A DNA stretch of 64,000 nucleotides from a virus, in IMG/VR virus record IMGVR_UViG_3300009509_000010, positions 1 to 64,000 of that record; one strand, 5' to 3'. This document shows, in pieces, positions 8,294 to 17,437 of the stretch; positions within the stretch are counted from its first letter, which is position 1, and each line of letters begins with the position of its first letter. The notes under the pieces were generated by a model that did no database searches, had not been told where the DNA came from, and saw only the letters and a list, made by a program, of their open reading frames with translations. A program made the translations under genes and the position numbers.

Positions 8294-8533
8294 TTGATGC
8301 GCCCTAAATCCAATTCAAGGCCACGGGCCGAGCGCAAGGTTCACCTACACCACAACGGCGGGGCGGCGTGTGGGGCGGTGTCAACCGCCAAGACCTGGCC
8401 CCACACGGTGGGCCGAGTAGTATGGCCCTCGGTGGTAACTGATTTCAAGTGCCGGGCCTGCGAAAGGATCTTTTCTCGGGATAACTTGGGGAGAATTCAA
8501 GCCGATGATAGACGGGAGCAAGCCCAGGCCTAG
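8294..8533 (+). CDS. Hypothetical protein (H/C metal-binding motif)
   Basis: AAGGA SD; VH...ACG...CRAC. Confidence 0.5.
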   Translation: MMRPKSNSRPRAERKVHLHHNGGAACGAVSTAKTWPHTVGRVVWPSVVTDFKCRACERIFSRDNLGRIQADDRREQAQA

Positions 8534-8575
8534 TTATCCGCCAAACCACAACTATCCACAACGACCGGGGACAAT

Positions 8576-10297
8576 ATGACCGTTTGGATCTCACCGACTC
8601 AGATCGCCACCTTCAAAGGGTGCCATCGAAAATGGGCCTATCGATACATTGACGGGATCAAGCCGCCACCAAAGCCCACCCAAGAATTTGGGATCGAGGG
8701 CCACAAGCGCAACGAGCTATATTTACGCAAGGGCCAACACGTCGGTGATGACGATGTGGGCAAGGTGTGCCAACAGGGGATCAAGCCCGGATATATGCCC
8801 ACCCCGGCCCCCGATCTCTTGATCGAGTCAAAGTTGACGATCCCGATCCTTGGTGGGGCGGCCACCATGATTGGATACATTGATTGCATTTTGCCCCCTC
8901 GCCAGGCCGGGTCCACCGTGACCGTACCGGTGGCCCATGATTGGAAGTTTACGAAAGATCTTCGGTGGGCCATGACCCCAGCGGAGCTCGCCGAGGATAG
9001 CCAAGCGGCGGTGTATACCCGTTGGCTACAGCTAAAATACAAGGTCCAGAAGGTGGTGGCGCGGTGGGTGTACTTTTGCGGGCGCATCAACGCCAAATCC
9101 GAGGACGGCCGACCTCGGACCCCGAGGGGGGTCAAAAAGAGCGAGTTGACTTTTACCGCGGCCGAGATCGAAGCCAATTGGCAACGCGAGATCGAGGTGG
9201 CCAAGCAAATCGTCGAGACCAAGGCCAAGTTTGCCAAGGCGGCCGACGTGCCCCCGAATGAGACGCATTGCGACGCATACGGGGGGTGTGATTATCGCGA
9301 AATGTGCCCCATTGGTGACGGGTTTGGCCTCGGGGCCATGCTCGAGCAATGGGATCGCACCCACAACGGAAATTGGAACAAGGAGCAAGACAAGATGTCA
9401 GCCGATGACGTTATGGCCGTTTTGAAGGCCCACAAAGCCAACATGTTGGCCCATGCCAAGGCCCCACCGGCGGAGGAAAAAGAACCGCGCCAAAAAGTTA
9501 CCGAAACGACCCCCCCGCCGGTGGAGCCCCAACAGGATAGCACACCCGCGGCCGGGATCGAGCTTGTGGCCAAACTCCAAGCGCAATCCGGACAAGCCGA
9601 GCTCCCCGCCGAGCCCCCACCCACTGCTGAGGAGCCCGACCTCCTGTCAAAGCTCCAAGCTCAGACCGGGGCCACCGGGGTCAACCCACCCGAGGCCCAA
9701 GCGGCCGAGCCCAAGGTGGTGGTTGCCAAAACGGAGCCCCCACCGGTGGAGCCGTTGACCAATGGAGCGGCGGCCGATGGCCTCGCGACACACACCAAGG
9801 CCGAGCCGGCGGCCGAAACACCCCCCTTTGTGGCGGAGTGGGGCGAGGATATCCCGGCGGAGGTGGGCAAGGTGGTTGAGACCGTGCCAGATAAGCCCCT
9901 CGAAACGGTCAAGCCCACCAAGGGCAAGCCCAAAACCTCCAAGGTCAACACCTCCAAGGCGACCAAGGCGCCGTTTGTGCTCTGTATCGACGCGATACCG
10001 GCAAAGCTCCACAACGGGACCTTGGGCGAGGTGGTGCACCTATCTGAGTTTTTGGAGCCCTACACCACGGCAATCCAAAAAGGCCACCGTTGCGAGGAAC
10101 ACCCGCAAGGGGTGGATCATTGGGCCTTGATTGAATTCAACAATGGGCCCGGGATCCTTGCTCACCATGTGGCAACGCAGCTCGACAAAAAGGGGTTTTC
10201 GGGTGTGCTCGTTGTAGACGGTGACACCCCCGAGGCTCGGGCTGTCAAGGAGGTGTTGATCCGGCGGGCCGACGTCGTTTTTAGGGGGGTCAGATGA
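8576..10297 (+). CDS. PD-(D/E)XK Cas4/RecB-like exonuclease with long Pro/Ala/Glu linker and C-terminal domain
   Basis: SPTQI..F.GCHRKW, GYID, DWKFT, QAAVY and HCDAYGGCDYREMC (Fe-S-type Cys staple). Confidence 0.8.
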   Translation: MTVWISPTQIATFKGCHRKWAYRYIDGIKPPPKPTQEFGIEGHKRNELYLRKGQHVGDDDVGKVCQQGIKPGYMPTPAPDLLIESKLTIPILGGAATMIGYIDCILPPRQAGSTVTVPVAHDWKFTKDLRWAMTPAELAEDSQAAVYTRWLQLKYKVQKVVARWVYFCGRINAKSEDGRPRTPRGVKKSELTFTAAEIEANWQREIEVAKQIVETKAKFAKAADVPPNETHCDAYGGCDYREMCPIGDGFGLGAMLEQWDRTHNGNWNKEQDKMSADDVMAVLKAHKANMLAHAKAPPAEEKEPRQKVTETTPPPVEPQQDSTPAAGIELVAKLQAQSGQAELPAEPPPTAEEPDLLSKLQAQTGATGVNPPEAQAAEPKVVVAKTEPPPVEPLTNGAAADGLATHTKAEPAAETPPFVAEWGEDIPAEVGKVVETVPDKPLETVKPTKGKPKTSKVNTSKATKAPFVLCIDAIPAKLHNGTLGEVVHLSEFLEPYTTAIQKGHRCEEHPQGVDHWALIEFNNGPGILAHHVATQLDKKGFSGVLVVDGDTPEARAVKEVLIRRADVVFRGVR

Positions 10298-10372
10298 GCA
10301 ACCTAGTCCAAGTCTATAACCTAGCAAGGGAAGCGGTTCGGGAACTCGCGAATATTGCAAGGGCGATCGATA

Positions 10373-12100
10373 ATGTCGCAATCTGCCTTCGAGAAAGCCC
10401 TCGAGATCATGGGCTACAAGCCCGAGGATGTGACACCACAATCGACCTTGGGCCGACTGTTGAGGGAAACGGGGCCACAGAAAACGCGAGAGTTTCGGAG
10501 GATCCACAACCTACCGCGGCGGACGTGGGAAAACGATCCGGATCTTCCGGAGCTAACGCGGCTCCTGACCCAGTTTTTACGGACCCCCGCGGGATCCATG
10601 TCCCTATGGCCAATTCAAGCGGCCGGTTTGCGTGAGATTCACGACGTGGGGGGCCTGTTCGGGCCCATGGCGGTATCGGCTGGCAAAACGCTGATCACGC
10701 TATTGGCCCCGGTGGTGCTCGGGGCCGAGCGGCCCCTCCTCGTGGTGCCCGCAGCTTTGCGGGAACAAACCAAACGGTTTGTGATCCCGCAAATGGCCAA
10801 CCATTGGCGGTTGCACCCCCACCTAAAAATTGTGGGGTATACCGAGTTGAGCTTGGCCAAAAACGCCGAGTTTCTTATAAAATACCGGCCGGATCTCATT
10901 ATCGCCGATGAATGCCACCGCCTCAAAAATACCCAAGCCGGGCGCACAAAACGCCTCGTTCGCTTTATGCGAGAGCACCCCGAAACCAAATTTGTAGGAC
11001 TATCGGGGACGGTGACCAACCGATCGATCAGGGACTACGCCCACATTTTGCGGTGGTGCCTTGGGGAGGGGACCCCGTTGCCCGACTCGTGGCAGGAGCT
11101 GAGCCAATGGGCCGACGCCCTAGACGAGGTCGACCCAAAAGAGGAGCCGGGGCCACCGGGTGCGCTCCAAGCTTGGGCCATCAATGGCAACGTTCGCAAG
11201 GGGTACCGCAACCGCCTAACCGAAACCCGTGGGGTGATCGCCACCGGGGAGGGTGAACTCGGGGTGAGCCTGCAAATTATATCAAGGAGGCCACCGGTTC
11301 CTGGCCACGTGGCCAAGCTGATCCAAACCATGGTCAACAAGTGGGTGACCCCATACGGTGAGGAGATCACCGAGGCGGTGGACTTGTGGCGCCACGTTCG
11401 CGAGCTTGCGTGTGGGTTCTATTACCGATGGGAGCCACCCCCGCCGGCGGAGTGGCTCGCGGCTCGCAAGGCTTGGAAAACTTACGTTCGTTACACTCTG
11501 CTACATAACCGCAGAAACCTAGACACCGAGCTACAGGTTTGGAACGAAGCCGCCCGAGCGGTAAAGCCACCACCGGAGTGGCGCGACTGGGTTGCGGTCA
11601 AAGATATTTACGAGATCAACACGGTGGCCGAGTGGGTGGACTTTTATGCCTTGGAGGACGCCACCAAGTGGCTCGAACAAGATCGCGGGATCGTTTGGAC
11701 CGAACATAACGCCTTTGGGGTGGAGCTCGCCAAGTTTTCGGGATTCTCCTACTTTGGGGCCGGCCCCAAGGCTAACGTCGGGATTCTCGAGCACAAGGGG
11801 CCTTGCATTGCCAGTATCCGGGCGCATTGCGAGGGCAAAAACTTGCAACACAACCACCACCGCAATCTAATCGTGACGCCACCGAGCTCTGGAAAAACAT
11901 GGGAACAGCTCCTCGGGCGAACCCACCGCCATGGCCAAAAAGCCGAGGAGGTGGTGGCCGAGGTCTATACTCAGGTGGCCGAGCTCGTGGCCAGTTTTCG
12001 CCAAGCTGTGAGGGACGCCCACTATCTCGAGGACACCCTCGGAAGCAGGCAAAAGCTGCTATATGCGGACATCAATTTCGACTTTTCGGGGGCCACATGA
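10373..12100 (+). CDS. Superfamily 2 (SNF2/DExH-like) helicase
   Basis: LWPIQ Q-motif, SAGKT, IADECH, LSGT, EQLLGRTHRHGQ; start uncertain. Confidence 0.88.
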   Translation: MSQSAFEKALEIMGYKPEDVTPQSTLGRLLRETGPQKTREFRRIHNLPRRTWENDPDLPELTRLLTQFLRTPAGSMSLWPIQAAGLREIHDVGGLFGPMAVSAGKTLITLLAPVVLGAERPLLVVPAALREQTKRFVIPQMANHWRLHPHLKIVGYTELSLAKNAEFLIKYRPDLIIADECHRLKNTQAGRTKRLVRFMREHPETKFVGLSGTVTNRSIRDYAHILRWCLGEGTPLPDSWQELSQWADALDEVDPKEEPGPPGALQAWAINGNVRKGYRNRLTETRGVIATGEGELGVSLQIISRRPPVPGHVAKLIQTMVNKWVTPYGEEITEAVDLWRHVRELACGFYYRWEPPPPAEWLAARKAWKTYVRYTLLHNRRNLDTELQVWNEAARAVKPPPEWRDWVAVKDIYEINTVAEWVDFYALEDATKWLEQDRGIVWTEHNAFGVELAKFSGFSYFGAGPKANVGILEHKGPCIASIRAHCEGKNLQHNHHRNLIVTPPSSGKTWEQLLGRTHRHGQKAEEVVAEVYTQVAELVASFRQAVRDAHYLEDTLGSRQKLLYADINFDFSGAT

Positions 12101-12369
12101 CAAGTTTTGACAACCGGTGCATTGACTGCGATAAACCGATTAGGGATTCGTTTGATCGGTGTTACGACTGCGATCAAGCGTATCGCGGTGAGGAACTGAA
12201 GCTCGAAGGCAAGCTATCGACTGAGACCGCCAAGGGGTATGGCGCCAAACTCAGGGGATACGGCGAGGAGATCGTTTGGTTTCCCAAGAGTTTGGTTGTG
12301 TTTCACGACGGGGCGTTTTGGGTCCCGCGGTGGTTGGCCCTCGAAAAAGACCTATTACCGGATGGGTAG
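12097..12369 (+). CDS. Hypothetical protein with N-terminal CxxC...CxxC
   Basis: ATGA overlap; CIDC, CYDC; WFPKSLV...VPRWLALEK. Confidence 0.65.
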   Translation: MTSFDNRCIDCDKPIRDSFDRCYDCDQAYRGEELKLEGKLSTETAKGYGAKLRGYGEEIVWFPKSLVVFHDGAFWVPRWLALEKDLLPDG

Positions 12370-12418
12370 CTGGTAACGGGTGACAGGTAACGGGAAACGT
12401 GCAACGGGAGCCTAAACC

Positions 12419-12901
12419 ATGTCCGATTTTGATGGGATTGAAAAAGCCCAAGTATTTAAGTCTTCTAACTATATTCTACCGGGGACTTATCCGATCTTGT
12501 TTATCAACAGTCTGAAAAAGATCCGGTCCCAAAAGAATGGCAACAAGCTATTTATCGCCGAGCTTGACATTATCGAGTCAAAGGTGGACGGGAGGCCACC
12601 TGGAACCGATATGTCTGCTATCTTCAACCTGACCAAACACGGCGAAACGGCTCTCGGGAACGTCAAGGCCCTCCTTGCGGCGGCGATTGATGTGCCCGAG
12701 GACAAGATTGATGCCAAAACCGCGGATCTCGCGGTTAGCTCTGAAAACCCGTTTCACGGACGGCTGATCCGGTGTGAGGCGGTAGACATTACGACGCGGG
12801 ACGGCGAACCGTTCACCAAGCCCAATTTTTCACCCCTACCGGCGGAGCTCCAAGCTCAAGCAGCCGAGCTCCACGAAAAGGCCGGTTTCGCACCGTTTTA
12901 G
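12419..12901 (+). CDS. Putative single-stranded DNA-binding protein (OB-fold, DUF669-like)
   Basis: Lies between helicase and polymerase; LPGTY motif, beta-rich core, C-terminal ...PF. Confidence 0.55.
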   Translation: MSDFDGIEKAQVFKSSNYILPGTYPILFINSLKKIRSQKNGNKLFIAELDIIESKVDGRPPGTDMSAIFNLTKHGETALGNVKALLAAAIDVPEDKIDAKTADLAVSSENPFHGRLIRCEAVDITTRDGEPFTKPNFSPLPAELQAQAAELHEKAGFAPF

Positions 12902-12910
12902 GTTCTTACG

Positions 12911-14803
12911 GTGGTGGTGATTGCCTTTGACCTCGAAACCGACCGGTTTCGACCGGGGCTAATGGCGCCCCCTCCGGTGTGTTTGTCTCACGCCCACGGC
13001 GAGGCCTCGGGCCTCAAAGTGGGCGGTGAGATCACAACCTACGCCGCATCAATTTTCGAGCACGCCCTCGAGGGCCACGCGTGTGTTGTGGGCCATAACG
13101 TGTCCTACGATATGGCGGTTTTGCTTGCCCACTGTCCTGAGCTCGCCGATTTCATTTGGGAGCTTTACGCAACGGGCCGAGTTCGGTGCACCATGGTGAG
13201 GGAAAAGCTGCTCGATATTGCCGAGGGGACACACGGGGGCGAGTGGGACGCAACGGGCGAGAAAAAGATCAAGAAAAACTATGATCTAGCAAGTATTGTC
13301 CTCAGGAAATGGCACGAAAAACGGGACAAAACAACTTGGCGGACCGGTTACGGCGAGCTTGCCCACGTGCCCGTCGAGCAGTGGCCGGCGGGGGCTGTGG
13401 AGTATGCGATCACCGACGCCACCGACGCCCTCAGGCTGTACAACGAACAAGAGGCCCGAGCGCACAAAATGCGTTACGGGTTACCGGATCAAGGCTCGCA
13501 AACTCGAGCGGATTTTGGTTTACGTTTGATGTCGGTGTGGGGGATCCGGACCGATGGTCATAGCGTTGATAAACTCAAGGAGGCCACCGATAGACGTTTC
13601 GAGGAGCTCAAATTTGACCTACAAGCGGTGGGCCTAGTCCGAACCAAACAGACACCCAAGGGCAAGGAGTCAAAAAACCAGGCCAAGATCCGGGATTTGG
13701 TCGAGCGGTCCTATTCGGGGCCGAGTATCCCTCGAACTGATAAAGGCTCGGTCAAAACGGATGCAGACACCTTGGAGCTTTGTGACGATCCTTTGGCCGC
13801 GGTTTTGCTCGAATATGTGAGCCTTGAAAAAAGCGCCGGGACGTTTATCAACAAGCTGCTCGAAGGGGTCGATGTGCCGATCCACCCCTCATTTAACGTG
13901 TTGGTGAATTCGGGCCGCACAAGTTGTTATAACCCAAACTTGCAACAACAACCGCGGGTGCCCGGGGTGAGGGAGTGTTTTAGGCCTCGAGACGGGTGGG
14001 TTTATATTGCGTGCGACTATGACAGCCAAGAGCTGAGGACGTGGGCCCAAGTGTGTCTCGACCTCACCGGGTCGAGCACCCTTGCCGAAAAATACCAGGC
14101 GGATCCCGATTTTGATCCACACCTCGATTTTGCTGCGGGACTTTTAGGCCTCGACTATTCCGAGGCCCAACGGCGGAAAAAGCAAGGTGACCCAAAAGTT
14201 AAAGAGTATAGGCAACAAGCTAAGCCTGCGAATTTTGGGTTTCCTGTTGGGATGTCGGCCAAAACGTTTCTGACCTATGCCCGGGGCTATGGGTTGATTA
14301 TCGACGAGGACCGGGCCAACAAGTTGCGCCAAAGGTGGTATAAACAATGGCCCGAGTCACAAGATTATTTCAAATTGATCAATCAACAAGTGGGCCAAGC
14401 CGGTGTGGGCGATATCGTCCAACTACGATCGGGCCGCAAGCGGGGCTTGTGCCGCTACACGGTGGCCGCTAACAGCTATTTTCAAGGCCTTGCGGCTGAC
14501 GCCAGCAAGCTGGCCCTATGGCACGTTTCGAGGGCCTGTTATCAAGACCGAAAGTCACCGTTGTTTGGGTGTCGGCCGGTGATTTTTTTGCACGACGAGA
14601 TCATAATGGAATCCCCCGAGGCCTACGCCCACCTAGCGGCCCCCGAGCTCGAGCGGGTTATGGTCGAGGCAATGGCGCAATTCACGCCTAACGTGCCATG
14701 CCGCGCCACCGCGGCATTGATGCGACGGTGGGCCAAAGGGGCCGAGCCCGTCTATATCAACGGTCGGTTGGTGCCCTACGAGGACGTGAGGGGTGCGGCA
14801 TGA
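12911..14803 (+). CDS. Family A DNA polymerase with 3'-5' exonuclease domain
   Basis: Exo motifs FDLETD, GHNVSYD, YAITDA; GRTSCYNPNLQQQP; motif A DYDSQELR; motif B RQQAKPANFGFPVG; motif C LHDE. Confidence 0.95.
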   Translation: MVVIAFDLETDRFRPGLMAPPPVCLSHAHGEASGLKVGGEITTYAASIFEHALEGHACVVGHNVSYDMAVLLAHCPELADFIWELYATGRVRCTMVREKLLDIAEGTHGGEWDATGEKKIKKNYDLASIVLRKWHEKRDKTTWRTGYGELAHVPVEQWPAGAVEYAITDATDALRLYNEQEARAHKMRYGLPDQGSQTRADFGLRLMSVWGIRTDGHSVDKLKEATDRRFEELKFDLQAVGLVRTKQTPKGKESKNQAKIRDLVERSYSGPSIPRTDKGSVKTDADTLELCDDPLAAVLLEYVSLEKSAGTFINKLLEGVDVPIHPSFNVLVNSGRTSCYNPNLQQQPRVPGVRECFRPRDGWVYIACDYDSQELRTWAQVCLDLTGSSTLAEKYQADPDFDPHLDFAAGLLGLDYSEAQRRKKQGDPKVKEYRQQAKPANFGFPVGMSAKTFLTYARGYGLIIDEDRANKLRQRWYKQWPESQDYFKLINQQVGQAGVGDIVQLRSGRKRGLCRYTVAANSYFQGLAADASKLALWHVSRACYQDRKSPLFGCRPVIFLHDEIIMESPEAYAHLAAPELERVMVEAMAQFTPNVPCRATAALMRRWAKGAEPVYINGRLVPYEDVRGAA

Positions 14804-15234
14804 TCGTTGCCATTGACCCCGGAAAGCATGCGAGCGGGTGGGCGGTGTTTATTGAGGGCAAGCTAATCTCGTGTGGTTTCACGAACGATTGGCGCCAAGT
14901 GTGGTGTAGCTATATGCGGTGCCCACCGTTGAAATTAGCCATTGTTGAGGCCCCTCGAGTTTATGACCGGCGGCGGTGGAAAGGCGACCCCAACGACTTG
15001 ATCGATATTTCGATCGCGGGTGGGATTTTGGGCGGGGCGTTGCGGCCAGAGGCAATCAAGGTGATCCGGCCCCAAGATTGGAAAGGGCAAACGCCCAAGC
15101 GGGTGCAAGCGGATCGGACCTTGGCCAAGCTCACCGAGGCGGAGCTCGAGCAGGTCAAGGGGACCACCACGGCGAGCAAAATGCACAATGTGATTGACGC
15201 GGTTGGGATCGGTTTGTGGGAGCTCAAAAGATGA
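14800..15234 (+). CDS. RuvC-like Holliday junction resolvase
   Basis: IVAIDPG, IVEAP, PQDWKG, NVIDAVGIG. Confidence 0.8.
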   Translation: MIVAIDPGKHASGWAVFIEGKLISCGFTNDWRQVWCSYMRCPPLKLAIVEAPRVYDRRRWKGDPNDLIDISIAGGILGGALRPEAIKVIRPQDWKGQTPKRVQADRTLAKLTEAELEQVKGTTTASKMHNVIDAVGIGLWELKR

Positions 15235-15521
15235 CGCTAAAGGCTGAGTTTGACCAAGAATCTTACGAGGACATGTTGGCCACGTTGCAAGTCACCCAAA
15301 TGTCAGTCAAGGACTTGGCCGAGCGTTACGAGGTGACCGAGCGCACCATTTACCGATGGCTCACCTACGCAAAAAAAGACGGTTGGGACATTATCAAACG
15401 AGGAACGAACCCGACCTTTTACCAAGTGGCGGTGCCAAATGTCGAATCTCACGATAGCAGAGCAGGCGGAGGTGATCCAAGCGGCTGGCCCTCAGACACG
15501 GGACGCCCAAGCGAGCCTTGA
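15231..15521 (+). CDS. Helix-turn-helix DNA-binding protein
   Basis: MSVKDLAERYEVTERTIYRWL. Confidence 0.8.
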   Translation: MTLKAEFDQESYEDMLATLQVTQMSVKDLAERYEVTERTIYRWLTYAKKDGWDIIKRGTNPTFYQVAVPNVESHDSRAGGGDPSGWPSDTGRPSEP

Positions 15522-16062
15522 TTTTATCCGCGACTACAAGATCCAAACCGGGTCCGACTTTGTTGGGGCGGTTCGGATGGTGGCCGAGATAAAAGGCAAG
15601 TGGTCGGAAGTGGACGCAAAACGCAAACAATACACCTCAAAACTCGCCGAGCTCGTGGATCAATTCAACGGTGAGTTTAAACCGGGTCTCGAGGCGCTCA
15701 AGGAGGCCGAAAAAACGCTCAAGGACAAGCTCGGTGGTTTTGCCAAGGACCAAGCCGATCGGCGAGCTGCGACGCTTCGAAAAGCCTCCGCCGCGGCCGA
15801 GGCTGGAAACATTGCCGCGGCCGACGCATTGATCGCCGAGGCCGAAACTTGTGAGGTTCCCGAGGTCAAGGGATGCTCGATCCGTGAGGTGTGGACGGGC
15901 GAGGTCGAGGACCCCGAGGCGATACCTCGTGAGTTTTTGATCCCGGACGAAAAACAACTCAAGGCAATCACCAAGGCGAAAAAATGCGATCCAAAAATTC
16001 CCGGGTGGCGGGCCTACCCCGAACCGTCGGTGACGATCACGGTTTCCAGGGTGCAAAGGTGA
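15439..16062 (+). CDS. Coiled-coil Gp157/Gam-like protein
   Basis: Long coiled coil followed by IPREFLIPDEKQLK...KIPG. Confidence 0.55.
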   Translation: MSNLTIAEQAEVIQAAGPQTRDAQASLDFIRDYKIQTGSDFVGAVRMVAEIKGKWSEVDAKRKQYTSKLAELVDQFNGEFKPGLEALKEAEKTLKDKLGGFAKDQADRRAATLRKASAAAEAGNIAAADALIAEAETCEVPEVKGCSIREVWTGEVEDPEAIPREFLIPDEKQLKAITKAKKCDPKIPGWRAYPEPSVTITVSRVQR

Positions 16063-16064
16063 CC

Positions 16065-16256
16065 ATGGTGGACTTGTCAGATTTTGAGTTATCGAACCAA
16101 GACGCCCAACGGGCATTGGCCTCCTTGCAATCGAGTGGTCATAACGTGAGCTGCTCTTGTGGCCTTTGTCGAGCGGCTAGGCGTTTGATTGCGGCCTATC
16201 ATCGATTGGCCAACCAAGAGGCCGCCGAAAAGGCAAAGGGAAATGGCCGAGGATAA
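16065..16256 (+). CDS. Small hypothetical protein
   Basis: H...CSCGLC motif; coupled to neighbours. Confidence 0.5.
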   Translation: MVDLSDFELSNQDAQRALASLQSSGHNVSCSCGLCRAARRLIAAYHRLANQEAAEKAKGNGRG

Positions 16257-16989
16257 CAAGCTAAGCCGTAGGCAACAACTCGAGAAGTATATCGAGGGAC
16301 TCCAACAAGGTCGAGCGGCCTCGGAGCTTCAAGCCGAGCTCGGGTTGACTACGGCGGCGTTCAATCAACTCAAGGAGGCCGCTCTTGGGACTGAGATTGA
16401 TCGGCTCAAAAGTAACACCACCGAGCAGACCTATATTGAATATTGTTTGGCTCAACAAGGTTGCATCCGAGACCTAAACGATCTTCTCGACCAATACCGC
16501 GAAGCCAAAAACGCATCGGCGATCGTGGGCGCCGTCAAGGCGCGGTCCGACATTATCGACAAAATGATCAAGCTCGGCCAAGATTTTGGCATTATCGAGC
16601 GCAAACCTCAGGAAAACCGGATCATTGCTGGCGTGGTGGTGACGCAACTAAGCAACGAGGAATTGCGGGCGGCGATCACCGACCAAATCTCGAGCCTCAA
16701 CAACTTGGTGACTGAATACGGGGACAAAAAGATCCAGGATATGAACCCGGGCGAGCTCTACCGCGAGATCGATAGGTCAAACGTGATCGAGGCGAAGCTC
16801 GAGCCGACAAAGTCCGAACCCGAACCGCTCCAAGAGGTCGAAAGTGGCCGTCAACCGGCGGAGCCACCGGCCCCTCACCGGGCGTTACCACCACCACCGA
16901 GGCAACGAGACCAAACGGATAAAACCAACAGATCAAAGGCTAACAAGGTGCACAAAGGCCGCCGAGTTGTGAAGCCCCCAGGGCGGTGA
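16243..16989 (+). CDS. Probable terminase small subunit
   Basis: N-terminal HTH-like segment, helical oligomerisation region, basic tail; upstream of TerL. Confidence 0.55.
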   Translation: MAEDNKLSRRQQLEKYIEGLQQGRAASELQAELGLTTAAFNQLKEAALGTEIDRLKSNTTEQTYIEYCLAQQGCIRDLNDLLDQYREAKNASAIVGAVKARSDIIDKMIKLGQDFGIIERKPQENRIIAGVVVTQLSNEELRAAITDQISSLNNLVTEYGDKKIQDMNPGELYREIDRSNVIEAKLEPTKSEPEPLQEVESGRQPAEPPAPHRALPPPPRQRDQTDKTNRSKANKVHKGRRVVKPPGR

Positions 16990-17083
16990 TATTTCATGAT
17001 CAAACCGGCCCCCAGCGTTTGCAGGTCCACCGGTCGAGCCGGATCAGTGACTGTCAAGGGGCCTATCACCGAGGAGTGAGATC

Positions 17084-17383
17084 ATGGCAAGTAGTAACTC
17101 GCGAATTATGAGAGGTAGCGTCGTTGGGACGGGTGCTGATCTCGACGTTAAAACCGTAGGTTTTCGGCCCAAGTCGGTCAAAGTAGTAAACAAGGCAAGT
17201 GCCGACGAGGGTTATTGGCATGAACACATGGCCGACGATTCGGCTTTGAAGCGCCTTGCAGCCGGGACCGGTTCGATCATTACGACCAACGGAATCACGC
17301 CGTTGGCCGCCGGTTTCCGTCTTGGAGCCGATACCGATCTCAATGTGGCCGGTGAGGTGGTCCTTTGGGAAGCCGCCGATTGA
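17084..17383 (+). CDS. Small virion-like beta-rich protein
   Basis: Strong SD GAGGAG; Gly/Thr-rich, VGFRPKSVKV. Confidence 0.65.
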   Translation: MASSNSRIMRGSVVGTGADLDVKTVGFRPKSVKVVNKASADEGYWHEHMADDSALKRLAAGTGSIITTNGITPLAAGFRLGADTDLNVAGEVVLWEAAD

Positions 17384-17395
17384 TTGATCCGTGAA

Positions 17396-17430
17396 CTCGA
17401 CCGGGTGGGCGACCCCCACCCGGTCACGAG
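17396..17430 (+). other. Strong intergenic hairpin overlapping the next gene's RBS
   Basis: GACCGGGTGGG-CGAC-CCCACCCGGTC 11-bp perfect stem, extended by CTCG/CGAG. Confidence 0.65.
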
Positions 17431-17437
17431 GTAAAGC

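Noticed and set aside
8534-8562. DnaA-box-like CTATCCACA with 10-bp-phased CCACAAC repeats
   Set aside because: A single imperfect 9-mer; the resemblance to the ACAAC repeats at 841-860 is too short to support
8576-9330. Cas4 as part of a CRISPR-Cas system
   Set aside because: Stand-alone Cas4-like nucleases are common in phage replication modules; no cas1/cas2 or array nearby
12911-14803. Z-genome (DpoZ/PurZ) system
   Set aside because: No PurZ, DatZ or MazZ-like gene is visible in the window; the motif B variant alone is insufficient
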